Source: Fonticula alba ATCC 38817
Lineage: Eukaryota; Protista; Nucleariida
Strand: one strand, 5' to 3'
DNA: 56,984 nt
Assembly (NCBI GenBank): GCA_000388065.2
Contig: KB932203.1
Part shown: piece by piece, positions 31,204 to 44,842 of the stretch
Position numbering within the stretch: position 1 is the stretch's first letter
Layout: each line of letters opens with the position of its first letter
Position numbers and translations under genes: made by a program
Notes under the pieces: model-generated
Databases searched by the model: none
What the model was told of the DNA's origin: nothing
The model's input: the letters and a program-made list of their open reading frames with translations, nothing else

Positions 31204-34200
31204 CTACAGTCTATGGCCGCCGGTGCTGCCGGGAGCGGCAGCGGGCGGATGCCGGCCGGTGAGGGCAGCCGGCGGCGGGGCCGGCGGTCCGTGTGCTGGC
31301 ATTTGGTTGCGCGCAGCAATATCCTCAAAGGCACGGGCCTGCAACACGACACTCGACCGGGTCTGCCGCCGGGGCTTGACCGCGGCCGGCGCCACGGGCG
31401 GAGGGGGCGCCGGGTTGAAGGAGCTAAAGGATTTGAGGAAGACACTGGGCCGGGTGTTGGGCTCTTGGATGATGGCCGGCGATTCGAGCGGCAAGTGGGC
31501 CGGGTCGTGATCGGGACGGCCCGCGCCGGGCCGAGCCCCAGTGTCCCAGGAGGTGGAAATATGAAGGTTGGGCTTGGAATCTGGACGCACGTGTGAGGCC
31601 ATGGTTGAGAGGGCAAGGGCAGGCGCGAAGGGGGGGATCGGGGGGGGGGGACAGGCGAAGCCACAAGCACGACATGAAAGTGCACGTACGACGGTGGGAA
31701 CCGGGTGGTGGGGGGGCCGCCCCGAAGGCTGGCGTGGATTCCTCGGCGGCCGTGGCAAATGGCGACGAGGTGGCGAAGGCGGGACCGCGGGCACCCGACA
31801 CAGGCGGCGCAGCAAAGGTGCTACCGCGAGCCGACCGCGGAGGCAGCGCGAAGGACGAGGAAGAGGAGGACGCCGATTCCCCACCGGCGGCGGCAGCGGC
31901 GGCGGCGGTGGCCACGGGAGAAGTAGCCCCGCTGCCGGGGACCCGACCCGACAGGGCATTGATCTCGTTGGCCAGCTGGCGGATGTCCGCCGGCCGGGCC
32001 TCCACCACAGGCGGATCGAACAAGGACATTGGCCGGACGTGCGGGCCGTTGGAGGGGGCCACCGGGCGCAGGCTCACATCCGAGTCGCCGGCATCCGGAA
32101 GGCCCTCGCCGAACTCCGCGCCACCGGCAGCGCCCCCGCTCCCGAGCGAGGGCGAGCCCACGGCCGATGAAGTGGCCGAAGCCGGGGCAGTCGAAGCGGC
32201 CGAGGCGGCTGCCGATACGGCGGCCGCCAGGTCGGGACTCCCGGCACGCGAGGCCACCTGCCCTGGCTGCTGTCCATGCCTCCGCCGGGCGTCGGCCGCC
32301 GCCGCGGTCTGGCACCAGACGTCATAGCTGGCAGAGGGCGGGGTCGGAGCCAAGCGAGCAAAGGAGGTGCTCGATGGGGGTGGCGAGCTCGAGGCATCGG
32401 CAAATAGCTCCCCCGAGAGGCGGATGATTTGCGAGGGACGCCGCCGGGCCGGAGGGGCTGACACGCCCCCGGCCCCGGGGTCCATGCCGGGGAGACCACC
32501 GGCACTCCGGCGCAGGGCCCCGGTGTTGATGTTTAGCAGGGCCGGCGAGAAGGACCCGGGATCCGGGCTGCCATCGCGGCCACGACCAGTGCCGCTGCCC
32601 GCGCCGGCGCCCCCGATACCGCCCATGCCCAGTGTAAGATCGCCCGCCTGCGGGACAACCGCCAAGTAGGCCGATGTGGCCGACGAGTCCAGCGTGGCCG
32701 CCGGGATGGAGGAGATCCGGTCAATGGAGTCCGTGGAGCCGGAGTTGAGGAAGGTCACCGGGTCGATGGCGAGGGTGGACACCACGGGCCCGGACTGCAG
32801 GGAGTAGGAGAAGGGAGTGGCCGCGCTCGTGCCCGTGGTACTGGAAGGCAGGCTGCCCGCCGGGGAGGTGCCAGCCGTGGCGGCTGCCCCGCCACCGGGA
32901 GCGAAGGAATGACGGAAATGTGAAGGAGCCCTCCCGGAGCCAGTGAAGTCAACACCACTGGAAGGGTGCTGTGCGCCACGCCGGCCAGGATACGTGTCAG
33001 ACACTTGCGGCCCGGCACCCAGACCAGCCGGCCGCCCGGGGTATGGCCCGGCCCCCGGGTCAGGCGCACCGGCCATCGTGGCCGGCCGCGGCACCCGCTG
33101 CTTAGATGGCAGAGTGCCCTACATGGGGTCACAGGCGAGGGGGGGCGAGTTAATCACAGGTCAGGGGCCAGGAAGAGGGGGAAGGGAGGCGGAGGGCGAA
33201 GGCGGCCTTTGACGGGGAGAGAAGGGAGGAGAGAAGAGAGAGGGGGGGAGGGGGGGGCAGGAGAGAGCAGCAAACACACAGCCGAGGGGGGGGAATGATG
33301 GTGGTGGGGAGAGGGGGATGCACCGCTACCGGGGCCGCCGAATGTCCGCGTCGGCGAGGGGGCCGAAATGGAGAAGGACTTGGCGGGCGATGATGCGCCG
33401 GTCGGGCGAGAGGGCGGGGGCGGCGAAGCGGCGGTGCTGTTTGCCCCGGCGAGAGCCGACGCGGCCGGCTGCGGGTCCCCCCCTCCTCCTGCCGGGCTGG
33501 CCGCCGACCAGCGGTCGGCCAGCGAGTAATCACACGGGGAAATGGCCGCCGTATGGCCATCCAGGGCCAACGGCTGTTGGGACTGCTGCTGGCACAGCAG
33601 CGCATCGTCCTCATCGCCCTCGTCGTTGTCCCCCTCGGTGCCGTACTCCGGGGCAAGGGCCCCGGTGGTCAGCGGCGAGGAAATATGCGGCGCCGAGTGG
33701 TGGCCAGCCAGGGCCCCACCGCTGCCACCATGATGATGTTGCTGCTGCTGCTGCTGCGATGGGTGCTGCATGTTGCCCTTCATGCTGCGGGACAGCTGCT
33801 GCTTGATGTTGTTGGCGCGGTGCTTCAGCCGGCTGAAGGACGATGGTCCATTGGGCGCGGGCCCCCCGGCCGAGGAGGAGCCGGCCGGGCCAGGCCCAGA
33901 GGCGAAGCCATCCGGCGACTCGGTGTCCGTCAGAGACCCGCCGCCGCCGCCGCCGCCGCTGCCGCCCGTCGTCGTGGCCACCGTGGCCACGGAGCAGTGG
34001 CTCTGGTCCGAGAGAACCGACTCCGAAGGGGAGGGCACGTAGTCAGTGGTGTAGCCGCTGCCCGCGGCCCCTGCCGGGTCGCCGGCCTGCAGCGACAGGG
34101 CACCGAAGTCTGCCAGACCATCGGCCTCGGCACGCTCAATCATCCACGGATCCACCACCGCGGTCAGATCTTCGGTCGCTGCCAGGCCGACGTCCACCAC

Positions 34201-36265
34201 CGGGTCCACCTGGATCGAGGGCGGAGGCTCAACGCCGCCGGCAATGTATTCGAAATCGAAATGAACGGACCCGCCATCCTGCAAAGCAGTATGGATAAGG
34301 GGAGGGACGGGAGCGAGAGGGACGGGAGCGAGAGACGAAGGGGGACGACGAGACGACGAAAAGAGGACAACACACATGCAAGAGTCAGGGCTTGGATCCT
34401 CCACACAGGGACAGGAGGAGGTACATGGGAGGATACAGGCGTGAAGGGGGCGCCATGGCGTGCAGCAATGTGTGCGGGAGGCTGAAAGGGCGGACGGAGG
34501 GGGAGGGGGAGGGGGGGGGGGGGGGGCGCACCGGGAAAATGTGATCGAAATCCACCAACAGCGAGTACATGATCTCGGACGCGTGCTGTGTGCCCTTGAT
34601 GTCAAAGCCACTCATGTCGCCGCTGGGATCCTGCTCGGACTCGCTGCGGAGCAGGTTCGGTGCGAAGACCGCTGAGAGGTTGTTGGGGCCCATTTTGTTG
34701 CTGTCCTCCAGCAGAGCAACGATCCGCAGGAATTTGATCAGGAAGAGGATCAGCGTGTAGTTGCCGGGCGGCAGGTAGGTGATGATTTTGCGCAGACAAT
34801 CCAGACGGGTTGGCACGTCGGAAATCTCTGCGTGGGGCGTGTGTGGCAAATAAGGGGAGGAGGGAGAGAGAGAAAAAAAAGACGGAGCCATGTGAGTACA
34901 GGCAAGGGAGGATGTCACGAAGGGCAGACACTGGGAGGCGCACCGTTGGCTGCCATGAAGCAGTCATAAAGCTCGAAGGTGAATAGCGGCTCGGGCAACT
35001 CGCGGAGATACAGCTTCAGCAGGGAGGTCACGTCATGCGGGCTGGGGCAGATCTCCTTCAGATCGATACGGTCGCCTGGGTGGTGGAGGGCCGGCGAGGG
35101 GCAGGTATGCAGGATATGGTGAGCATCGACCACCGATGGGCGGGGCGGGGGCAGAATGCAGCCAAGGGGGGGGNNNNNNNNNNNNNNNNNNNNNNNNNNN
35201 NNNNNNNNNNNNNNNNNNNNNNNNNNNNNNNNNNNNNNNNNNNNNNNNNNNNNNNNNNNNNNNNNNNNNNNNNNNNNNNNNNNNNNNNNNNNNNNNNNNN
35301 NNNNNNNNNNNNNNNNNNNNNNNNNNNNNNNNNNNNNNNNNNNNNNNNNNNNNNNNNNNNNNNNNNNNNNNNNNNNNNNNNNNNNNNNNNNNNNNNNNNN
35401 NNNNNNNNNNNNNNNNNNNNNNNNNNNNNNNNNNNNNNNNNNNNNNNNNNNNNNNNNNNNNNNNNNNNNNNNNNNNNNNNNNNNNNNNNNNNNNNNNNNN
35501 NNNNNNNNNNNNNNNNNNNNNNNNNNNNNNNNNNNNNNNNNNNNNNNNNNNNNNNNNNNNNNNNNNNNNNNNNNNNNNNNNNNNNNNNNNNNNNNNNNNN
35601 NNNNNNNNNNNNNNNNNNNNNNNNNNNNNNNNNNNNNNNNNNNNNNNNNNNNNNNNNNNNNNNNNNNNNNNNNNNNNNNNNNNNNNNNNNNNNNNNNNNN
35701 NNNNGCATGCACCAACATACCACCACGCGATGGCCGACGCAGAGGGTCAGCGTGGTCCGGCCACCAGCCGGCCAGTGCGCATAATGCAGGGAGGAACGCA
35801 GGCGGGGGAACAGGGCTGGCAAGCGCACCGCCATCAGCGACGTCCGGGCGGCCGAAAGAGGGGGCGAGGCGCGCGTGTGTGCGTCTGCGTGTAAAGGGGG
35901 CAAGGCGAGGACTGGCACGAAGGGGAGCGGGGAAGGCGGGGAGGCGCGGGGCAAGGAGGGAGGGGAGGGGCAGTGGTGCCAGAAGGGGAGATGCTCGCAC
36001 GGGCGGGACGGCCCGTGCCGGGTGGGTCCCACCTTCTTGAAAGGGAGAGAGACGGCGAGGGGCAGAGGAAGGGGCAGAGGCAGAGGGAGAGGGAGGGATG
36101 GGCAGCGCCGAGGCGCTGCTCTGCCTCGCCCCCCCCCCCCCCCCCCAGCATCGGTATGGGGCCTCCAGGGAAGGCTGGGCACCCAGTCCGGGGAGTTCGC
36201 TCTCCCCGGGGACCGGAGGGGAAGCGTGCGCTCGTTTGCCCGCGCACCTGGGGCGGGCCGGCCCC

Positions 36266-36298
<33 letters not shown>

Positions 36299-36718
36299 CT
36301 TCTGCTGTACCCACTTACGCGCCTGGCGTGCCCCCGGCGCGCGCGCGCGCCCAGGAACCGCCGCGGGGCCGGGGGGCGCCCGGGGGCAAAAGAGGGGACG
36401 TAAGCCCGCTCCACGGGGGAGATTCCCCCTGCTCCGACATCTGCCTCCGTCCGACCGGCCAGCGACAATCGCATCACATCATCGGATGCACTCAGGGGTG
36501 CGCGGGGGGGGGGGGGAGCTGGCCAGCCGACCGCCAGCCGACCTGCACCGGCGCGTCAGCCTGCGGACGTGCACGCACACAAGCGCGCGCGCTCGCTCAG
36601 GGGGTACTCAGTGGCCAGGGGGCGTACCGCCACTTCGGTCCCTTGCTGCACACACAGCCAGGAGCACAGGCGGGGAGCCAAGAGCGCAGGCGCGCGGGCC
36701 TGCGCATACCTCCGCCAT
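31204..36718 (-). CDS. RhoGAP-domain protein with a long disordered Ser/Ala/Gly-rich C-terminus. Supported exons 35075-34944, 34827-34532, 34278-33280, 33118-31690, 31580-31204. The 5' end (ATG about 36718) is tentative; the arginine-finger exon probably lies in gap 35174-35704.
   Basis: HDVTSLLKLYLRELPEPLFTFELYDCF, LPPGNYTLILFLIKFLRIVA and NKMGPNNLSAVFAPNLLR are canonical RhoGAP blocks. The listed junctions are all in frame. Confidence 0.85.
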
Positions 36719-37998
36719 TCCTGGGACGGGACGGGACGAGCCGGAGCCGGTAAGCCGGAGATGACATTCACATGTGCCGGGGGGGGGGGCCGTGCCCGCC
36801 GGGCCTCCGTGCTGCGCCCGGGCGCAGTTGAAGCCCGCCGCCCTGGGCGGTGTGTGCGCGCGTGCGTGTGCCGGGCGCCAGGGGATGGGCCCCGCACAAA
36901 AGCCCGCAGTGAGAGCCCCGGGCCGGGCGATGCGGGAAATTGGGTCGCGTAAATGATATACAGTGGCGCGTGGCGGCCCCAAGGGCACGGGGCGGGGGGG
37001 GGGGAGGGGGACGGGAAGAGGACACAGGACGGGGGAAGGACCCGCCGCCGGGCCCCCCCGGAAGCGGGCAGCGCCCGGCGTCCCCAACACAGGGGCGCAA
37101 ACGCGTGCCCCTGCCGCGGGGGGCGGGGCAAGAATTCGCCCCCTGCGCAGGACAGAACACCGGGCCATAGCACCCCTGTTAAGGGTGCCGCCGGCACGCG
37201 ACTCGCGGCATCATGCTCTGGCTTTCGCGGTGCGCCCTCCTCTCGACCGGCCGCCGCCACCACCCTGCCGGTGGAGCGGGATGATGTCGGGGTATCTCGC
37301 GCATGTTTTTCCGGACTCGCTCAAGGCTCACCCCCCCCCCCCCGCATGCTCCTCCCGTACGCAGGGGGCGTGCCCCGTCCCGAGGGGGACGACAATCCCG
37401 GGGTGCACCGTGGCCACCCGCACGCAGCCAGGAGATTCCGGATTGACTCCCCCGCGCCGCACCTCGCGAGCCGAGAAGAGAAAAAAGGGTTAAGCAGCAG
37501 GGCGCTGCCCGGCCATCATCGGCCCGCCATGGCCGTCGGCCCGCACCCGGGCCGCAGCCGTGCCCCGGGCGCGGGAGGGGGGGGGGGGGGGGGCAGCGTC
37601 CCGCGCGCGCCTCCCTCCCCCCTCTGTGCTCGGGGCACGGCTGCCGCACGCCCGCGTGCGGATGCAAGAACACAGGGGAGTTGGTGGCAAGCGTCAGCCT
37701 CGGCGCTGTGGGTGCCAATGGTTCAGTGTCGGCCAAGCGTGCCTACGCTGGCACTTCGCGCTCCGCAGCCTGACACACGCACACAACAGGCCTTATTCCC
37801 GCTCGGGGGGGGGGGGACGGGGTGAACCGCGCAGGTAGGGGTATATTGCTGGTATATTTGTTATTTGTTATTCCCCCTCCCCCTGGAATCCTCCGCCAGG
37901 GAGGCAGCACGTTGGCCCGTCCGAGCGGCGGCCAAAAGGGGAAGATAACAGCGGGCCAGCACCCGGCGCGACCGGGGCCGCTGAATCCCCTGCCCCTC

Positions 37999-40379
<2,381 letters not shown>

Positions 40380-41526
40380 CCGGGGCAGACAGCAATGGCG
40401 GCACCGAAGAGCGGCAATGTGGCAGGGGGCAGGGCGAGGGGAAGGAGACCGCGAGAAAAGCAGGGAGATTGAGGGGTGGAATGGGACTGGCGACCAGAGA
40501 CACCACCGAGCCGGCCGCCGGCTGAAAATGCCGGTGCATAGGCCTGGGGATGGGGCGATCGCCACACTGGAGTGTTGTCTCGTGACACACCACGTGGCGG
40601 AGGGGTGATCTGATTGGGCCCAACGCGAGCGGGCCACCGGCCTCCCCGCGCCCTCCCTTGCGGAGTGCCCCCCCCGATCGAGAGGGGAGGGCGCAGCCCG
40701 CGTCCGACCCTTTGGGCATGTGCCGCGGTCCACCCGGCGCCGTTGACCGACAACCGAGCGGAGAAGGAGGGCCCCTTGCTTTCGCCTACCCCCCGGGGGG
40801 GGCCCCCCCCCCCCCCCCCCCCGCATGCAGCATGCATGCCCCGCGTCCCCGACTGGAGTGTGTGTGTGTGTGTGTAAGGCGCCTCCCCTCGGGCGGGCGG
40901 GCGGGCGGGCGCCAGCATCCGGGACCGCCGCCTGTGCAGATCAAGGGCAGAAAAGGTGTACTCCTAAACATCGAGGGCATGTGCGCTAGTGGCACATGGC
41001 GAAGGTGCTCACCCACTATGGGGGACGCCTCGCCCGAGAGGAGGAGGGGAAGGCATCTTGGCCCTGTGTCACTGGCCGCAGGAGTGCCACCCAAAGCGCG
41101 AAGGGAAGAGTGCGGCAACACGACAAAACCACAAATGGCATATGTGTAGCAGAAGTGTAGTGGTGTGGTTGAGCTGGAAGGCGGCACCATCAAAGGCCTC
41201 CGGGTNNNNNNNNNNNNNNNNNNNNNNNNNNNNNNNCCCCTTGCTCGGGGCCCTGTCGCCTGTGTTCGATGCGTCCGCCACTTCCTCGCCCTTCTGTCCC
41301 TCCTCTACGGCCGAGGAAGGATGCCTCCCCCACCCCCCCCCTCCACCCCCCGTCCCCCGGGTCCCCCCGCACCGCTGCGCCCGGGGCAAGGTTGCTGCCG
41401 CGCCGAGTTGCTCCAAAGAGGCCGGGGCACCGGCCGGAGGGGGCGGAATTCCCGACACATCGCCCCAACTGTGGGAATGTCTCAGGTCCGTTGGCACGGG
41501 GTGTTTACATTGGCACATGCGCCGGC

Positions 41527-41895
41527 CTAGCGTCGGGCTTGGCTCTCGGGGCCGGCCGGCGGGGGCTGGGCGGGGTTTTCCGCCTGGCGAGGCGGCGCGG
41601 CCATGGCCACCGGCTGCTGGTGGATGGTCCGCGGGATGAGGACATGCTCGAGGGTCAGGCCGAGGGAGCCACCGCGAGTGTAGGGAGCCGCGCCACTGGC
41701 GCCGAGGCTCCCGGCCGAGGAGGCCGTCATGCCGGCCGGCTGGGGGAGAGGCGCGGCGGAAGATGCCTGGGCCGCCATGCGGGATATCCGCAGGGCGGTG
41801 CTGATCGACGAGTGGGGTGACTATGGCGCGCGAGGCCGGCAGGGGGAGGACGTGAGCAGGGGCACCAGCCAGGCGGGCAAGGGCGGCATGGTGGC

Positions 41896-41936
<41 letters not shown>

Positions 41937-42558
41937 GGGGGGCGGGGGGGCATGCGCACCGTCAGGTTGGCCGAGAGGACCGGCACCAGGAAACGCTCGG
42001 TCAGGGACGACAGGTCGGCCGCCGAGAGGGCAGACTTGGAGCGCTTGTCCACTGGCGGCAGTGCGGCCGAAAGGTCGGGCGCGAAGGGGGAAAAGGCCGG
42101 ACGGCGGGAGAGGGGGGGGGGGGCAAGGCCGATCGAATGGCATGGAGGAGAGGCAGGCCCGAAGGCCGATCGGAGGGCGGATTAGCATGGCGCGACAGGC
42201 CGGGGGAGGGGGCGGCGGGTGGGACAAGGCAGGGACCAGGGGAGGGCAAAGGCCGGCCCGGCACATCGGGTCCCCCCCCGAGGCTGGCAAGCGGCACCTA
42301 CCATGTGTGCAGACAACACAGGCACGACCCGATGACAGGGTTTCCGGGTGGAGGCCGCCCAGCTGGAAGGCGGCACCATCAAAGGCCTCCGGGTTACGGT
42401 GGTGCGACAGGTGGGCCAGGTTGGACGACACGCCGGACAGGGCCAGGCGGGCTTGGTTGAAGGATGCCAGGTTGGTCCAGTCCACCAGGATGACCACAAA
42501 ATCGAAGGGCCGCCGCGGGGTGTCGGCCGCTGGAAGAGGCAGCTGCCAGGCAAGGTGT
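41527..42558 (-). CDS. CENPM: CENP-M-like inner kinetochore pseudo-GTPase. Exons 42558-42302, 42051-41960, 41820-41527; first exon unresolved.
   Basis: Spliced translation HLAWQLPLPAADTPRRPFDFVVILVDWTNLASFNQ...SGRACVVCTH|VDKRSKSALSAADLSSLTERFLVPVLSANLT|SPHSSISTALRISRMAAQ aligns collinearly with recalled human CENP-M HLAKSLPLP..RPRIDLIVFVVNL...LGKVCFLAT...[26 protein letters not shown]...TMAQRLVRVLQ. Confidence 0.75.
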
Positions 42559-42974
42559 CTGCCGGCCGGGGATGTCAGCTGGGGGGGGGGGGGGGGGGGG
42601 GGAACGAGGAGGGAAGGGGAACAAGACTCCCCTCTCTGCTTTTGTCAGAGGGGAGAATGGGAACAGACAAAGCGCAGACCCATGCCCGCCCCTCGGCTTC
42701 TCTCTCTCTCCATGTCTCTCTCTCGCGGTGGAGGGGGGGGAGGAGGCAAGAGGCGAGACAAGCACAAGAGGCAGGGGCCTGACACGAAGGTGCATTCATT
42801 GCGCAGCAGCGCTCCCAAGTGTGTAGGTGTATACGTGAGGATAGGGGCAGCAACAGACACACCACCACGGTCGGTGATAATGCGCGGGAGGGGGGGGGGG
42901 GTATTATTCTCCATCGGCGCGGGGTATGTGTGTGCACATGTCCCCGCGTGACAGGGGCCCACACGCAAGTGCAT

Positions 42975-43866
42975 TTAGACGCTGGTGGAGCCGGTGGTGG
43001 AGGTGATGATGGCCTTGAAGACCTCGACGTCGATCTCGGCGCGGACCTTGGACTCGTCGTCGGTGGCATCGGCCAGGGCCTTGGAGGCGGTGGCGAGGTT
43101 GGCCTTGGCGAGCTGTGCAAAGGCGCATCCATTGGAGGGGGAGGGGCGGCCAGCAGGGCATGGGGGGAGAGGGAGGGAGCGGGGAGAGAGGAGAAGCGGG
43201 TGTCAGAGGAGGAGAAAAGGTGTGCGAGGAGGGGGGGCCGGTGGGTTGCCATAGGGGAAGAGGCGCGCGCGTGCCGGGGCGAGGGAGAAAGAGAGAGAGA
43301 GAGAGAGAGAGAGAAGGCGAAAGGATGAGGCGTACGTCAATGTCGATGTCGTCGAAGTTGACGGCCTCGACGGCAGTGACGTTGAGGGAGGAGTCGTGGT
43401 TCATGACGGCGAAGCCACCGGAGACTGCGGATGGGCGAGTTGCGTGTGCAAGGGCGCGTCGACCACACAGCGAGCAATCGGTTCCCACGAGAGAATGCAG
43501 GTGGCGTGGAGGGAGGGAGGGAGGGAGACCGCGATGCCAGGAAAGCGGGGAGGGGGTTAGGAGAGTGATGAGGGCGGCGACAACGCCGCGGCGCAGGGGG
43601 TGCGCACACGGCCCCACAGCAGAGGCATCTAGGAGGAAAGACACATAGAGGGGGGGGAGGCGACGCACCGAAGTACTTGGTGACGCTCTTGTCAAGGGCA
43701 ATAACCTCGACGGTGCCGGGGCGGAGCTCGGTGATGTAGGGAACGTGGTTGGCCAGGATACCCATAACCCCGGAGACGGCGGGGATGTTCACCTGAGAAA
43801 CCTCGACGTTGTTGTAGAAGGCCTGGACACGTGCGCAAATGCACGCGAAGGCCAAGGGGGGAGGAG

Positions 43867-43906
<40 letters not shown>

Positions 43907-44842
43907 AGGACGGAGCGAGAGGTCAGCATGAGATGATGCAAGTGAGGGCGGGGGGGGGAGCACGAGTGGGAAGAACGGGAGGAGCGCACCTCATGAGGAG
44001 CGGAGAAAAGCAGGCGAAGGCCGTTGGGGGTGGCAGCAGCGGCGGTGCTGGAGTAGGCGCGGGCCAGGGCCTGGACACACACACACACGCAGAGCGCAAC
44101 GCGGCCGTGGAGCAGGAGTGGAGGGGTGCGAGGGAACGAGGGCGAGAGGTTAGCTGGGGCTGGACGCGGAGGAAGAGGGGGGCGCAGGCCACATTCGTCC
44201 CCAGGGGGGGGAGAGCATGGCGCGAGACGGAGCACGGCGAGGCGCAGAGGCTGCGGAGCTTGAGCGGGAGAGAGGGAGAAGGAGAGAAAGAGAGAGGAAG
44301 GGAGGGAGGGAGGCAGAGAAGGAAGACCCCACGGAGGCAACACCCGGAGATGAGGCTGGCGCTGGCAGTGGCACCAGGAGGACAACCACACCAAGGGGGG
44401 GTAGTGTGGGCGTCGTGCTGGTTCTCCTCTGGCAGCCGCCCGTCACGGGGTAAAGGGCAGCCGTGCGCATCGAGTCCCAGCACAGCGAGAAGGGAGAGAG
44501 GCACAGGAGGACGGGAGAGAGAGAGGGAGGGGGGGGAGGGGATGGACAGGGCGCGGGCAGCAGCAGCAGCCCAAGACGGCCGACGAGAAGTGCACACGCT
44601 AGCCCCCTCCCCCCCCCCTATGCACGGGCCGTGAGTGCCTGCGGGAGGCATGCTCCCAGCCCGGGGGCGTGGGGGATCGTTCCTGCCTCACGCATTCACC
44701 ACAGCACGAAGACAAGGAGAGGAGGGGGAAGGGGGAAGCAGGCGACAAGGGAGCATGAAAGGGGGGTGGGCGGTGGAGGGAGGGAGGAAAGCAGGGAGGT
44801 TCGTACGGGGCGAACGGCGGAAAAGGCGGTGCGGCTGAGCAT
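42975..44842 (-). CDS. ATP5F1D: Mitochondrial ATP synthase F1 delta subunit; first exon 44842-44807 (MLSRTAFSAVRP), second exon starts at 44070
   Basis: LLFSAPHE|AFYNNVEVSQVNIPAVSGVMGILANHVPYITELRPGTVEV, VSGGFAVMNHDSSLNVTAVEA and RAEIDVEVF; N-terminal presequence. Confidence 0.95.

Noticed and set aside
44444-44465. Hairpin with a GCCCTTTAC loop resembling U5 loop 1
   Set aside because: It mismatches the invariant GCCUUUUAC, and there is no Sm site or U5 stem architecture.
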